DNA of 64,000 nucleotides from a virus. Both the position numbers and the translations under genes were made by a program. Position 1 is the stretch's first letter, and each line of letters starts with the position of its first letter. The notes under the pieces are model-generated. The model was not told where the DNA came from and did no database searches. It saw only the letters and a program-made list of their open reading frames with translations. Positions 53,112-63,790 of this stretch are shown here, in pieces. The DNA lies in the IMG/VR virus record IMGVR_UViG_3300021088_000005, positions 36,811-100,810 of that record; one strand, given 5' to 3'.

Positions 53112-53933
53112 ATGAGATTCCAACGCAATCGTAACTTCAACAACGAACCCTTGACGAATGACCAGATTCAGAAGGTCGCTCCGTCAGCATTCGCGGGACA
53201 GCCGCATGAGTCCCGGTCAGATCGTTACGCGTTCGTTCCCACCGTGGATGTTATCGACGGCTTGCGCAATGCAGGCTTCGCTCCGATGTTCGCTACTCAG
53301 TCGTCTTCCCGTATCGCGGGGAAGTCGTTTTTCACAAAGCATCAATTGCGCTTCCGGTCCCTAGGTCAGACTTTGACCGTAGTTGGCGATACAGCCGTGG
53401 AAGCGATCATGACCAATTCCCACGATGGCACTTCGGTGTTCGAGATGGCGCTTGGCGCTTTCCGGCTGGCTTGCTTGAACGGCATGACCGTAAGTGAGGG
53501 CATGGTTCAGTCTATCAAGGTTCGCCACACCGGGAATATCATTGAGCAGGTTGTCGAATCCGTCCACCACCTGATTACGATGGCCCCAAAGGTTGTCGAA
53601 GCTATCCAGACTTGGAAGCGCATTGAGATGTCCGATGAAGAGCAGATGATCCTGGCAGAGGGCGCTTTGGCTCTCCGCTACGAAGACAACGCTCCTATCA
53701 CTGCCGATAAGCTTCTGATTGCGAATCGCAACCAAGACACGGCTAATGACCTGTGGACCGTGTTCAATCGTGTCCAGGAGAATGCAGTGCGCGGTGGTAT
53801 CAAGTACAAGACCGAAACCGATTCGCAGACCCGGCGGATGCGTACCCGCGAAGTCAAAGGGATCGATCAGAACAGCCGTTTGAACCGCGAACTGTGGGCT
53901 CTCGCGGAGAAGATGGCCGAACTCAAGAGCTAG
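53112..53933 (+). CDS. DUF932-family protein
   Basis: HESRSDRYAFVPT, NSHDG, GAFRLACLNG, DLWTVFNRVQEN, LNRELW. Confidence 0.88.
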   Translation: MRFQRNRNFNNEPLTNDQIQKVAPSAFAGQPHESRSDRYAFVPTVDVIDGLRNAGFAPMFATQSSSRIAGKSFFTKHQLRFRSLGQTLTVVGDTAVEAIMTNSHDGTSVFEMALGAFRLACLNGMTVSEGMVQSIKVRHTGNIIEQVVESVHHLITMAPKVVEAIQTWKRIEMSDEEQMILAEGALALRYEDNAPITADKLLIANRNQDTANDLWTVFNRVQENAVRGGIKYKTETDSQTRRMRTREVKGIDQNSRLNRELWALAEKMAELKS

Positions 53934-53997
53934 CTATCCAGGGTGAGGGGCAGTTAGCTGCCCCGATCCCTAGGCAACTAGCCTACTAGGAGCTACA

Positions 53998-54420
53998 ATG
54001 GGAACCAGGTCGTTGACAATTTTCCAGTCGGACAAAAAGGATGTTTGCGTGATGTATCGCCAGTACGACGGATATCTCTCGGGTCACGGCAAGGAATTGA
54101 AAGAGTTCTTGGCCAGCTTTGACGCTATCACCAACGGTATCGCAGTCGGTGAGACCCGTAAGACCGCCAACGGAATGGGCTGTTTAGCGGCGCAGGCAGT
54201 CATGCACTTCAAATCACAGAACCCTGTCGGCGGGTTTTACTTGGAGCCTTCCGGGACTCGGGACGCTGGCGCGGAGTACCGCTACTTTGTCACATTGAGT
54301 GACGAATCCGAAATGAGGTGTCCCAAAATCATGCTCAAGGTTCAAAGCGGATATGGCCGGAAGTGGAAGACAATCTATAACGGTCCCGTATCCGCAATGC
54401 CGACCGAAGACAACGAATAG
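53998..54420 (+). CDS. Hypothetical phage protein
   Basis: MGTRS...YRQYDGY...NGMGCLAAQ. Confidence 0.7.
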   Translation: MGTRSLTIFQSDKKDVCVMYRQYDGYLSGHGKELKEFLASFDAITNGIAVGETRKTANGMGCLAAQAVMHFKSQNPVGGFYLEPSGTRDAGAEYRYFVTLSDESEMRCPKIMLKVQSGYGRKWKTIYNGPVSAMPTEDNE

Positions 54421-54486
54421 GTTATTCTGCCTAGGGCTCTAGGTCACGTGAGCCCCAGGTTGAGCAACTTGCTCAGAGGAGAACAC

Positions 54487-54894
54487 ATGTTTACTGATAA
54501 GCAAATCAGGCGCTTCCGCAAGGTTATCAAGTTCATCATTGCTGAGCCCCGGCGATTCAACATGGTGGCAGGAGTCGAGTACGCATCCGCCCACCGTGAT
54601 ACTCAACTGGAGACTCCGCCTTGCGGTACTGCGTGCTGCATCGGTGGCGCTGCGTTCATTGTCGGCCAACGCATCAAGCTTGATATGCCTGTCCGATTGG
54701 GATGGAATCCAGTTGCGGAATATGCAATGGAGTATCTTGGATTGGACCGTGGGCAACGCGAGCGCTTGTTTTATACCGCATATTGGCCTGCGACATTCAA
54801 GACTGCTTACGAACAATCGAGGTCAGCGCAAGAGCGTGCGTATGTCGGCGCGGCTCGCTTCGAGCACTTCATTGCGACCAATGGCGCAGAGTAA
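54487..54894 (+). CDS. Hypothetical phage protein
   Basis: CGTACCIGG motif; SD GAGGAG. Confidence 0.65.
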   Translation: MFTDKQIRRFRKVIKFIIAEPRRFNMVAGVEYASAHRDTQLETPPCGTACCIGGAAFIVGQRIKLDMPVRLGWNPVAEYAMEYLGLDRGQRERLFYTAYWPATFKTAYEQSRSAQERAYVGAARFEHFIATNGAE

Positions 54895-54908
54895 CGGAGG
54901 CACATACT

Positions 54909-55394
54909 GTGACAAACCAACAAGTCATAGCGATATTCGAGCAACACAAGCCAAGCGAGCCCGAGCAGGTCAAAGACCTGGGATTCGGTCTAGAGCATGT
55001 TGGTTCAGGTGGAGCTAGACTAGTCTACCGCGTCATACGCGGCAAGCAAAAGACCGGGCTCGTAATCAAGTTCGATCAGAACGGTGGATTGCAGAACCAG
55101 CGCGAGATACAAGCGATGAAGAAGTTCCATAATGACCCACAGATGGAAATGTTGCGGGTTCACACCCCGCCGCTGTATTATGAGTCTCCCGATCAAAAGC
55201 TGATTGTGACAAAGTACTATGCTACTAAACTTCCGCCCGGAGACGACCCAGAGTTGAATAATTTCATGAGCAAGATGGAACAAGCCGGAGTAGGCGATTT
55301 GTTCTACAAGAATGTCAGCAAGGATCGACACGGTAGGTTTGTTGCAATTGACCTGGGCTATTATCGGGGAACACCGGAGCCCGAGAACGATTAA
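54909..55394 (+). CDS. Minimal protein-kinase-like protein
   Basis: VGSGGARLVY, VIK, QNQRE, DLFYKNV, IDLG. Confidence 0.7.
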   Translation: MTNQQVIAIFEQHKPSEPEQVKDLGFGLEHVGSGGARLVYRVIRGKQKTGLVIKFDQNGGLQNQREIQAMKKFHNDPQMEMLRVHTPPLYYESPDQKLIVTKYYATKLPPGDDPELNNFMSKMEQAGVGDLFYKNVSKDRHGRFVAIDLGYYRGTPEPEND

Positions 55395-55446
55395 GCTTGA
55401 CAAGTTTCGTATTTCTGATAGACTATACAAGTGAGGATGATGGCAA

Positions 55447-55803
55447 GTGACACAGAGGCATAGAACTAAGGGCCAACGAAAGTGCGAGCAAAGATATGAG
55501 AAGTCCGCCAGAGGGCGATACAGAAGGTATAAAGACGATGCCAGAAGCAAGGGTCATCGTTTCGCCATATCTCTTGCATACTTCGACACTCTAATAAATC
55601 AAGTTTGCACTTATTGTGGTAGTAAGGACCCACGTAAACTAAATGGCATAGACCGGGTAGATAACAGGCGCGGGTATATTCGCGGAAATGTTGTCTCCTG
55701 CTGCACCGATTGTAATTTTGCAAAGAGGATTCGATCTAAGGAAGATTTTATAGACCACTGCATCAAAGTGGCTGAATACCAGAAGAGTTTGAACCGCACT
55801 TAG
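55447..55803 (+). CDS. HNH endonuclease
   Basis: CTYCG...NGIDRVDNRRGYIRGNVVSCCTDCNFAK. Confidence 0.88.
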   Translation: MTQRHRTKGQRKCEQRYEKSARGRYRRYKDDARSKGHRFAISLAYFDTLINQVCTYCGSKDPRKLNGIDRVDNRRGYIRGNVVSCCTDCNFAKRIRSKEDFIDHCIKVAEYQKSLNRT

Positions 55804-56034
55804 ACTACGCTTAAGAATCAGGTAGAGGTCGAATGGTTTACGCCAGCGACCCAAATGCTGCGGAAGCCCTGGGCGTAGGAGGTTCGAAACCATGAGCGGG
55901 CGGGAACACTCGACACCGAAATGGTTAAAGACCAGCGGCGAGCAGCGCGGAGTGGCGATTCTGCATTGGCTGAGAAGCCCCCAGGAGCCATCGGTCAGCG
56001 ACTAAGCGGCTGGCAAAATTAATCGGAGGATTAT

Positions 56035-56418
56035 ATGTGGACACGATTCATGGACATGCATTCAGGCGGCGAGACAAAGGAACGAAATCTAAAGACAGGC
56101 CGTGGGTATGAATACATCTACATCGAAGCTACGCTAGAGCAAGCGAAGTTAATTTTCTGTAGTAGATTTGGGCACGATCCCGAGCATGTCACATGCGATT
56201 GCTGCGGCGAAGATTACAGTATCAGCGAAGAACAATCGTTGCAGCAAGCGACTGCATTTGAACGTGGCTGCTATTTTGATATGGAAGTGAACGACTATGT
56301 TGAGCACGGAGACCCGGACAAGTCCTATCGTCCGTATCGCACGCTCGAAGACTATCTAACCGACCCTGAGGTTTGTGTGATCCGGGCGGAAGACATTCCA
56401 CATGGGAGACTAGTGTGA
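56035..56418 (+). CDS. Hypothetical protein
   Basis: SD GGAGG; TCDCCGEDY. Confidence 0.65.
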   Translation: MWTRFMDMHSGGETKERNLKTGRGYEYIYIEATLEQAKLIFCSRFGHDPEHVTCDCCGEDYSISEEQSLQQATAFERGCYFDMEVNDYVEHGDPDKSYRPYRTLEDYLTDPEVCVIRAEDIPHGRLV

Positions 56419-57936
56419 GCGAAACCAAGACCGAGCGCATCGAAGCAGTCAACAAAAAGATTGTCTACTTGATGTTGATGCGTGCCAAAGAGCGCAGGCA
56501 CGGAACATGGGCGAAAGAGTGTGAGATCAACGACCAGATAGCCGCGCTAGAGCTACAAATCAAATCTATCAGAGCAGAGGGCCGCGATGTCGAAGTCGAA
56601 TAACTCGATGCTATGGGTTCTGATATTGTGGTTCTTGATAATCTTGATGCTGGTCGCTTTGTACGGCTGCGGAGCCCGCGAAGTATCGTCAACCGATCAT
56701 CATGACCGAGTTCCCGAAGTTCATTGCGTATTAGTAAAGTACCAGGGACAGATCAAACAACTATGCTGCGAATCAGGGAGATGTGCATTTACTAACTAGG
56801 AGACATATGACAGAACAACAGATCAAACAACAGTACGAACAAAAGCACGGCAGACCGATGTCGCAGGGAGACTATGAAGCTTTCCTGAAACTAACCGCGA
56901 TGCTAGGGGTCACCACGTATGTATCGTACGTGGACGCCCAAGAGCAGGTTATTCAAGCTATCGCATCTCGTTTCAATGTTGCTGCTAAATATCCAGAAAG
57001 CGAATACATTAACTAAGGGAGATCACATGTCTTACTCACGCAAGAGTATCAAAGTATTCGCAGCAAAGAAAGTCACAGACACAGGAAATAAAGCGGTCAA
57101 CGAAGACATCAAACCGAACACAGGAATTGTCGTCCAGGCGTCACCGTACGGAGATGAGATGCTAGGAACCCCAGGAACGAAGTGCGAGCATGGAGTCTAC
57201 ATCCCTGCTAGCGCGTCGAACCCGAATCTCGCACCGTTCTGTTCATGGTGCCATCCGTACCTGATTAAACCTAACTAGGAGACCATATGGCACGTCCAGA
57301 GTACGACGGAGAGAAGTGGGACAGATTCATTACGCACAGACGGATATTTGTCCGCACATGGATTGACAAACAACGCAAGCGAGATTCTGACGAAGATATT
57401 CGCGAAGCAATGCGACAGTCGCCGTCGGAGTATCTAAGGGAGACTAAATGAAGAAACCGTTTATTGCATACGACAACGAGAACACCACCACAATGGGCGC
57501 ACTAGCATACAGCGAGTATGAGATACTTGTGGGCCGAAATTGGTACGGAATCAATCCAGCCGAACCTATACTGCCGCAATTGCGCGGCATGCGTGCATAC
57601 CGTCTGATAGGTACATACGGAGACATGAAGTACTCGACAATAAATCCGTCATACGAATAGGAGACCAAATGCGTCAGCTTACGGGCCTTCCCCAGGTGGT
57701 CCGATGCTCCGGGTGTCAGCAAGAGTTTACCGCAGGAAGCTTGCCACATGTCAGTGCGTCGGGCAGACTTCTGGATATTGTTTACGAAGATCAGGAATTG
57801 TTCTACTGCGAACAATGCGCGGCGAAGGTGTCCGAAGCAGTTGATACCACGCGTTCTGTCACGCAATTTTACGCTGATACAGCGGGCGAAATCATACAGT
57901 AATACCGGGGCCATAGGAACCTCTAATAGAGGGACT

Positions 57937-58338
57937 ATGGACGCGCGGGAACGTCACTTAAACACAGCATTCGACATCACGTCCGCAGAGTGGGACGAAG
58001 TACTGCGGTATCAACGCGGTTGTTGCGCCATTTGCGGCAAGCAAATTACTGGCAAGCCAAGACCCCACACAGATCACGATCACGACAACGGAAACCTACG
58101 CGGACTGTTGTGTAGCCAGTGCAACCGTGCGCTTGGGAAGGCTCAGGACAAGCGATGGGCATGGACCCCGGTGTGTTTCCTCAAAGCGTATTTATATCTC
58201 ATCCAGCACCCTGCCAAGCTCGCTTTAGGGCGTCAACCCGTAGGGTATCCTGGCAAGATCGGAACCGGGGTTTATCGCAAGTGGGCAAAGAAGAAAAATG
58301 CCGGGGCCATAAGGACACCCAATAGGAGAGCATGTTAG
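57937..58338 (+). CDS. Endonuclease VII-like protein
   Basis: QRGCCAIC...DHDH...RGLLCSQCNRALG. Confidence 0.85.
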   Translation: MDARERHLNTAFDITSAEWDEVLRYQRGCCAICGKQITGKPRPHTDHDHDNGNLRGLLCSQCNRALGKAQDKRWAWTPVCFLKAYLYLIQHPAKLALGRQPVGYPGKIGTGVYRKWAKKKNAGAIRTPNRRAC

Positions 58339-59012
58339 ACAAATATATAACTTTCGTTAAGGCGCATGAGAAGCTGCTGATTGTCGGTCTTGCCGGACTT
58401 TTGTTGTTCAAGACCGGACAGGGCATCGAGAACATGTGGATTCGTCATGACGATCATGTGGCGCAGCAAGCGGCTATACAGGTCACGACCGATACCACGT
58501 CTAACAAGGCCCTGGCGGATATTTTAGCAGCGTCAAAGGCAAATCAAGATGCGGCATTCGCGAAGATTAATCAAAGCATCGCTCAGGCCGAAGCAGACTT
58601 AAAGAAACAACAGGCAGTAGATTCAATAGCAACACAACAACAAATCCTAGATAGATGGAAGCTTTTGCTCCCATTGAAACCAGGGGCAGTCCAATCCAAC
58701 GGCAGCACCGACACAATCACTACAGAAGCGGCAACACAAACGGTGCAGGCGTTAGAGAAAATACCAGTGCTCGAATTGCAGGTGAGTGATTTAAATGCCA
58801 AGCTTCTAATCGATGATGGCATCATTGGAAAGCAAGACGATTTAATCACCGGGCTTAACAAGCAAATTGTGGACGAGAAAGCTTCACATGTCGCGGATGT
58901 TAACCTGGAAAAGGCAAAAGCAAAGCGCAGTTGGTTCCGTGGATTCAAGATCGGCGTGATAGTTAGCGCTGTAGGAACCGAAGCGATTCGAGTCTGGGTT
59001 GGACACCCTTGA
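58332..59012 (+). CDS. Membrane-anchored coiled-coil protein (spanin-like?)
   Basis: Hydrophobic segments at both ends, long coiled coil. Confidence 0.45.
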   Translation: MLDKYITFVKAHEKLLIVGLAGLLLFKTGQGIENMWIRHDDHVAQQAAIQVTTDTTSNKALADILAASKANQDAAFAKINQSIAQAEADLKKQQAVDSIATQQQILDRWKLLLPLKPGAVQSNGSTDTITTEAATQTVQALEKIPVLELQVSDLNAKLLIDDGIIGKQDDLITGLNKQIVDEKASHVADVNLEKAKAKRSWFRGFKIGVIVSAVGTEAIRVWVGHP

Positions 59013-59755
59013 TTATGCAAACACAAGTCAAAGTTTTGCTGTTAGATATTGAAACCGCCCCGTCTCTAGGATGGGTGTGGGAGAAGTACGAAACAAACGT
59101 GATCGATTTTAAGTCCGATTGGTACATTCTTTCCTACGCGTACAAGTGGCTAGGAGACAAGAAAGTCACAGCCGTTGGTTTGGTTGACTACCCGAGCTAT
59201 GACCGAGATCGCGAGAACGATAAGCAGTTGATGAAGTCATTGTGGAAGTTGTTAGACGAAGCAGACATTATTATTGCGCACAACGGAGACAAGTTCGACC
59301 TTAAGAAGATCAACACCCGGTTCTTAACCCACGGTCTTAAGCCGCCTACACCGTACAAGACAGTGGACACCTTGAAGATCGCTCGCAGTAACTTCGCGTT
59401 CGATTCGAACAAGCTAGACGATCTAGGGCGGTACCTGGGAGTCGGACGCAAGTTGCCTAACACAGGGTTCCATCTGTGGAAGGGCTGCATGATCGGTGAC
59501 CGCAAGTCGTGGCAGCAAATGAAGGAATACAATGCTCACGATGTGGAACTACTAGAGCAGGTTTACAACATCGTGTTCCCTTGGGACAAGAAACACCCGG
59601 CAGTTAATCTTGGAATAGCTGAGACCTGTCCGAAGTGCGGAAGTAACAAGGTTCAGAAGCGTGGTTACAACTTCACACTGCTATCAAGGGCTCAGCGTTA
59701 TCAATGCCGCGAATGCGCGGGCTGGTTCCAGGGTAGCTCGAAGAGGATTAAGTAG
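59009..59755 (+). CDS. DEDD 3'-5' exonuclease-like protein with Zn ribbon
   Basis: LLLDIET, AHNGDKFD, DTL, SNKLD, YNAHDV; CPKCG...CREC. Confidence 0.85.
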   Translation: MIMQTQVKVLLLDIETAPSLGWVWEKYETNVIDFKSDWYILSYAYKWLGDKKVTAVGLVDYPSYDRDRENDKQLMKSLWKLLDEADIIIAHNGDKFDLKKINTRFLTHGLKPPTPYKTVDTLKIARSNFAFDSNKLDDLGRYLGVGRKLPNTGFHLWKGCMIGDRKSWQQMKEYNAHDVELLEQVYNIVFPWDKKHPAVNLGIAETCPKCGSNKVQKRGYNFTLLSRAQRYQCRECAGWFQGSSKRIK

Positions 59756-60472
59756 ATGTTGATTATAGGTTTCGGCAATAAGGCACGGCAGGGGAAAGAT
59801 TCCGCAGCGGAAGCGATCTGCGAGCACTACACCAAAGAGAATCGCTTCGCTGATGTTTACACTTTCAAGCCAACTAGAGTCGGTACATTCAAGTTCGCGA
59901 CCGCGCTGTACCAAGAAGTCAACCAGGCTTTATCTGAGGGAATCTGGGAATCACGTATCGCTAAGGATGTGGAAGTAGATCGATGGGTTTATTGTAACTG
60001 CGAAAAACATCCGCCGCATGAACATAGTATGTTTTCAACCACATCTTTGCCAGATTGGGTTCAGCCAGAGCCGAACCCAGAAGTCAACGAACTAGCGCCA
60101 TACGGAAAGCATCCGAAGTTATTGCAGTGGTGGGGTACAGAATTTCGCCGTGCGCAGGACCCGGACTATTGGGTTAAGCAGACATTCGCGAGTATTCCAG
60201 CTAATCTGGATATCGCACTTATCACCGATGTTCGATTCCCTAATGAAGCGCAAGCGGTGGAACAACGGGACGGTTATAACGTCAACGTACAAAGACTGCG
60301 CGAAGACGGAGCACAGTATTATGCAACTGACCGCCCTGTTGACCATCCTTCGGAGACCGCCCTGGACGGCTATAATTGGGACTTCAAGCTGATTAACTCA
60401 GCAGGACACCAAGCGTTGCTAGGAGAGCAGGCAATCACCCTGGCAGCGTACTTAAGGGGACTAACCAAGTGA
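59756..60472 (+). CDS. Deoxynucleoside monophosphate kinase-like protein
   Basis: IIGFGNKARQGKDSAA, LLQWWGTEFRR, ITDVRFPNE, HPSE. Confidence 0.88.
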   Translation: MLIIGFGNKARQGKDSAAEAICEHYTKENRFADVYTFKPTRVGTFKFATALYQEVNQALSEGIWESRIAKDVEVDRWVYCNCEKHPPHEHSMFSTTSLPDWVQPEPNPEVNELAPYGKHPKLLQWWGTEFRRAQDPDYWVKQTFASIPANLDIALITDVRFPNEAQAVEQRDGYNVNVQRLREDGAQYYATDRPVDHPSETALDGYNWDFKLINSAGHQALLGEQAITLAAYLRGLTK

Positions 60473-60640
60473 ACAAGCCCAGGAAGCAGAAGGACTACAA
60501 GCCGATAGGGTCTGTTAATGGCTTGATGCAATGCCAGCGGACGCATAGATGGGATGTCTTCGATCTGAATCTAGAGCGCAAGACAGTCAACTGCCCGGTC
60601 TGTGGTGGATATACTAGCATCTCAGAAGGGTTAATACGAA

Positions 60641-61213
60641 ATGATGGACCTCAAGGGTAACGACACAAAGAAGGCGTATATCGCCACTGTTAGCGGTAAG
60701 AAGTTTTACCTGCTAGAGCCCAGGCTCGAAGACATCGATATTCACGATATAGCGCATGCTCTAGCGCTACAATGCCGATGGACAGGACACTGTAAGTTTC
60801 ACTATTCAGTGGCGCAGCATAGCTACTATTGCAGTTTCCTAGGACCGGACGCAGAAGCATTCGATAGACTGATGCACGATGCCCCGGAAGCATATATCGG
60901 TGACATGAACCGACCGCTTAAGCACTACACTGAAGCCGGAAAGTTCTATCGCCAGCAAGAGACAGTAATTCAAAAGGCGATTGCAGAGAGATTCGGATTT
61001 TCCGTAGTTGAGCCGCCATCGGTTAAGCTAGCAGACAATTCGATGCTGTACGCAGAAAAGAAACAGATCATGGGATACAAGTTCGAGGAAGCAGAAAATT
61101 GGGAGCACTATGACGAGAACAATGGAATAGTGATCGCAGAGTGGACCCCGCAACAAGCAAAACAAATGTTTCTCAAGAGATTTGAGGAACTATATTCAGG
61201 TAGGCTTAATTAA
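60641..61213 (+). CDS. HD-domain phosphohydrolase (YfdR/YfbR-like)
   Basis: DIAHAL, YSVAQHS, LMHDAPEAYIGD, VKLAD. Confidence 0.9.
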   Translation: MMDLKGNDTKKAYIATVSGKKFYLLEPRLEDIDIHDIAHALALQCRWTGHCKFHYSVAQHSYYCSFLGPDAEAFDRLMHDAPEAYIGDMNRPLKHYTEAGKFYRQQETVIQKAIAERFGFSVVEPPSVKLADNSMLYAEKKQIMGYKFEEAENWEHYDENNGIVIAEWTPQQAKQMFLKRFEELYSGRLN

Positions 61214-61225
61214 AGGAGAACTACA

Positions 61226-61561
61226 TTGGGCACAATAGTAACTAGTTTCGTAACGATTTCTTGCGATACTCCGTCTTGCGACAAAACAATCACGTTTCCG
61301 CAGACCGAGCAAGGCGAGAAGGAAACAATCGCGGCTAATCCATGGATGAACTCCATCCGATTCGCTAATACACTTGACGGGCGTAAGTTCACTTACTGTT
61401 CTGACGAGTGCGAAGCCAAGGCAGTAGGATTCGGCCAACACAATAAGAAGGTCATTGTCCCACCGACAGGCGCTAACACAGTTGATCTAGCGGCGCAGGC
61501 TCAAGAAGCTGCACGCAAGGCAACCGAAGAACTAAAGAAGGGTCCGGTCACACTAGCATAG
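61226..61561 (+). CDS. Hypothetical Zn-binding protein
   Basis: CDTPSC...YCSDEC; SD AAGGAG. Confidence 0.6.
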   Translation: MGTIVTSFVTISCDTPSCDKTITFPQTEQGEKETIAANPWMNSIRFANTLDGRKFTYCSDECEAKAVGFGQHNKKVIVPPTGANTVDLAAQAQEAARKATEELKKGPVTLA

Positions 61562-61727
61562 GAGAAACAATGAGAATATACGAAGTAAACATCGAGCACA
61601 AAAAAGCGGGTCTAAACTGGCGCTCAGAGAAAGTTGCTGCCAACACTGCGGAAGAAGCCATAAAGAAGATAAAGTTCGAGTCATTTGAACGACTTGAAAG
61701 TATCGAACTTTTGGCGTCCACAGATTA

Positions 61728-62006
61728 ATGCTATACAACGGAAATCATGGTCCGAGTCTGGTGTCGGAAGAGTTTAATCAGATGTGCATAGACAATCATG
61801 TCGAAGCCACTGTGCAAGCTTTTCCGAACCCAGGCAGTCCGTTCAAAGCAATGCGGCTGGTCACGTTCCGCAATTTTAACGAGACAACAATTCGCGTAAT
61901 TCAGTTCGACCGCGACGGTAAGACGCACGACATTCCAGGTAAGGGCACAGTCCAGGTTATGCTAATGCCAGACGAGCCTCTTCCCATATTCGAAAAGGTG
62001 GAATAA
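61728..62006 (+). CDS. Hypothetical protein
   Basis: Coupled ORF. Confidence 0.55.
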   Translation: MLYNGNHGPSLVSEEFNQMCIDNHVEATVQAFPNPGSPFKAMRLVTFRNFNETTIRVIQFDRDGKTHDIPGKGTVQVMLMPDEPLPIFEKVE

Positions 62007-62374
62007 TGTCCTCAAGTTACTTTGTAGACTTTACGGGATACATCGATGAACGCAAACGTCCTGAGGGATTCCCGAAGCAAGTGCATGTCAAGGATGTGTA
62101 CGATTCGATAGAGAGCATCATACATCTTCAGGCAGTAGTCAACACCCGATTCATCGATTTAATCAAGGCAGCGGGACTGGTGGTGCTCAAGGACGAAGAC
62201 GAGCCTATAGAGACCGGGCACATTACATTCGATAAGCGAATATTCGTACCGTGGCACATGATAACCCACATGACCCTGGACGTAAAGCACATCCCTAATC
62301 AGGCAGGCCCAGAGGATTTGTTAATACCGCTGACAACCGAGCCGGATAAGAAGCCGAAAGAAGTGGTGAACTAA
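62006..62374 (+). CDS. Hypothetical protein
   Basis: Coupled ORF. Confidence 0.55.
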   Translation: MSSSYFVDFTGYIDERKRPEGFPKQVHVKDVYDSIESIIHLQAVVNTRFIDLIKAAGLVVLKDEDEPIETGHITFDKRIFVPWHMITHMTLDVKHIPNQAGPEDLLIPLTTEPDKKPKEVVN

Positions 62375-63097
62375 ATGATTTTGATGAGTTTGGACTTCGA
62401 AACAACAGGGCTCGATGTTGTCAATGATCGCGTCATAGAATTTGGGGCGGTGTTGTATAGCACGACCCAGAAGAAATGTCTGGATAACCAGGGGATGCTA
62501 GTCAGTGCAGATGTTCCGGTAACTCCGCAGATCACAAAGATCACAGGGATCACCCAGGCAGCGGTAGATCGATTTGGATACGCACCGGACGATGCACTCG
62601 GGGTCATTCTTGACATGGCAATGAATGCCGACGCAATGATCGGATTCAACGTCAAGCGGTTCGATAAGCATGTCTTCGAGAATTGGGCGAAGCGTGCGGG
62701 GCGTACGCACGGTGTCAGTCTGTGGATCGATCTGTACACAGACCTTCCGTGGCAAGTCCCGATGGGCAAGCTGTCCCATGTCGCCGCAGATCACGGAATC
62801 CTGAACCTGTTCCCACACTCCGCATTAGCTGATGCTCAGACCGTATTAGCTATCGCAGAGAAGTATGACGCGGAAGAGTTACTACACCGGGCGCAGTCAC
62901 AAGTCGTGGTATTGCAGGCACGCCAGGATCGTAGTCAGAACGAGCTAGTCAAGCAGGCACCGTTCAAGTTTCGGTGGTGCCCAAGTCACAAGATTTGGTG
63001 GAAGGGAGTCAAGCAGCAAGATGTAGACGAAGTAATACAATCGGCCCCGTTCGCAATATCAATAGAGCGGTGGACCCCAGAGGAGCTAGAAAACTAA
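62375..63097 (+). CDS. DEDDh 3'-5' exonuclease (DnaQ-like)
   Basis: LDFETTGLD, GFNVKRFD, HSALAD. Confidence 0.9.
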   Translation: MILMSLDFETTGLDVVNDRVIEFGAVLYSTTQKKCLDNQGMLVSADVPVTPQITKITGITQAAVDRFGYAPDDALGVILDMAMNADAMIGFNVKRFDKHVFENWAKRAGRTHGVSLWIDLYTDLPWQVPMGKLSHVAADHGILNLFPHSALADAQTVLAIAEKYDAEELLHRAQSQVVVLQARQDRSQNELVKQAPFKFRWCPSHKIWWKGVKQQDVDEVIQSAPFAISIERWTPEELEN

Positions 63098-63291
63098 TGG
63101 CACAACAGGCACAAAAGGCGTTAGCAATAGGAGATGTAGTCAGGCTGAACGGTACGACCGGACCAGCTTTGACAGTGATTAATATTCCGTCGCCGCAAAC
63201 AGTACAAGTGGCGTGGTTCAATGAAGAACTATCTTTGCGTCTAGCAGAAGTCACTATCAATGCTGTGACTCTGTTGAAGGTGAGGAAGTAA
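63097..63291 (+). CDS. YodC/DUF2158-like small protein
   Basis: IGDVVRL...GPALTV...VAWF. Confidence 0.7.
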   Translation: MAQQAQKALAIGDVVRLNGTTGPALTVINIPSPQTVQVAWFNEELSLRLAEVTINAVTLLKVRK

Positions 63292-63782
63292 TGAACAGAG
63301 GCGGAGACCAACTGGCTAGTGGCGCAGCAAGTGCGCAGTTCAGTCCGGCGAACGTGTCGGAAGAGAAGTGGAAGGAAATATTTGGTGAGGAAGGCTATCG
63401 TAAGCTTAACGCGATGTCCCAAGAAGATCGTGAAAAGCTACAGCAGCAAGCGGTCGCTGAAGTCGAGAAGATCGAACAGCAAGCTAAGCCAATTCCAGTA
63501 AAGTTTCGCGCAGTCCAGGATCGAATCGTCGTGACTCGTTTTGAGGAAGAGGAGAAACGCAACGGACTGTTCGTACCCGATGAAGGCAAGGAAAAGCCTG
63601 CAAAGGGGATCGTTGTAGCAGTTGGGCCAGGTAAGTATGTGAACGGGACATTGCAGAAACCAGGCGTCGAAGTTGGCGAGAAGGTGGCTTTCGGTAAGTT
63701 CTCGGGCGCAGAGATTCAAATCGGATTTGAACACTACCTTGTGCTACGGGAAGAAGATATTTTCGTAGTCGAGGAAAACTAG
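63291..63782 (+). CDS. groES: Co-chaperonin GroES homologue with N-terminal extension
   Basis: DRIVV...GLFVPDEGKEKP..G.VVAVGPG...VGEKVAFGKFSG.E...LREEDI. Confidence 0.9.
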   Translation: MNRGGDQLASGAASAQFSPANVSEEKWKEIFGEEGYRKLNAMSQEDREKLQQQAVAEVEKIEQQAKPIPVKFRAVQDRIVVTRFEEEEKRNGLFVPDEGKEKPAKGIVVAVGPGKYVNGTLQKPGVEVGEKVAFGKFSGAEIQIGFEHYLVLREEDIFVVEEN

Positions 63783-63790
63783 GAGATAGC

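Noticed and set aside
59756-61213. Modified-base pathway such as a Z-genome, suggested by the HD hydrolase and dNMP kinase
   Set aside because: No purZ or other base-synthesis gene is seen in this window, and both genes are common in ordinary phages.
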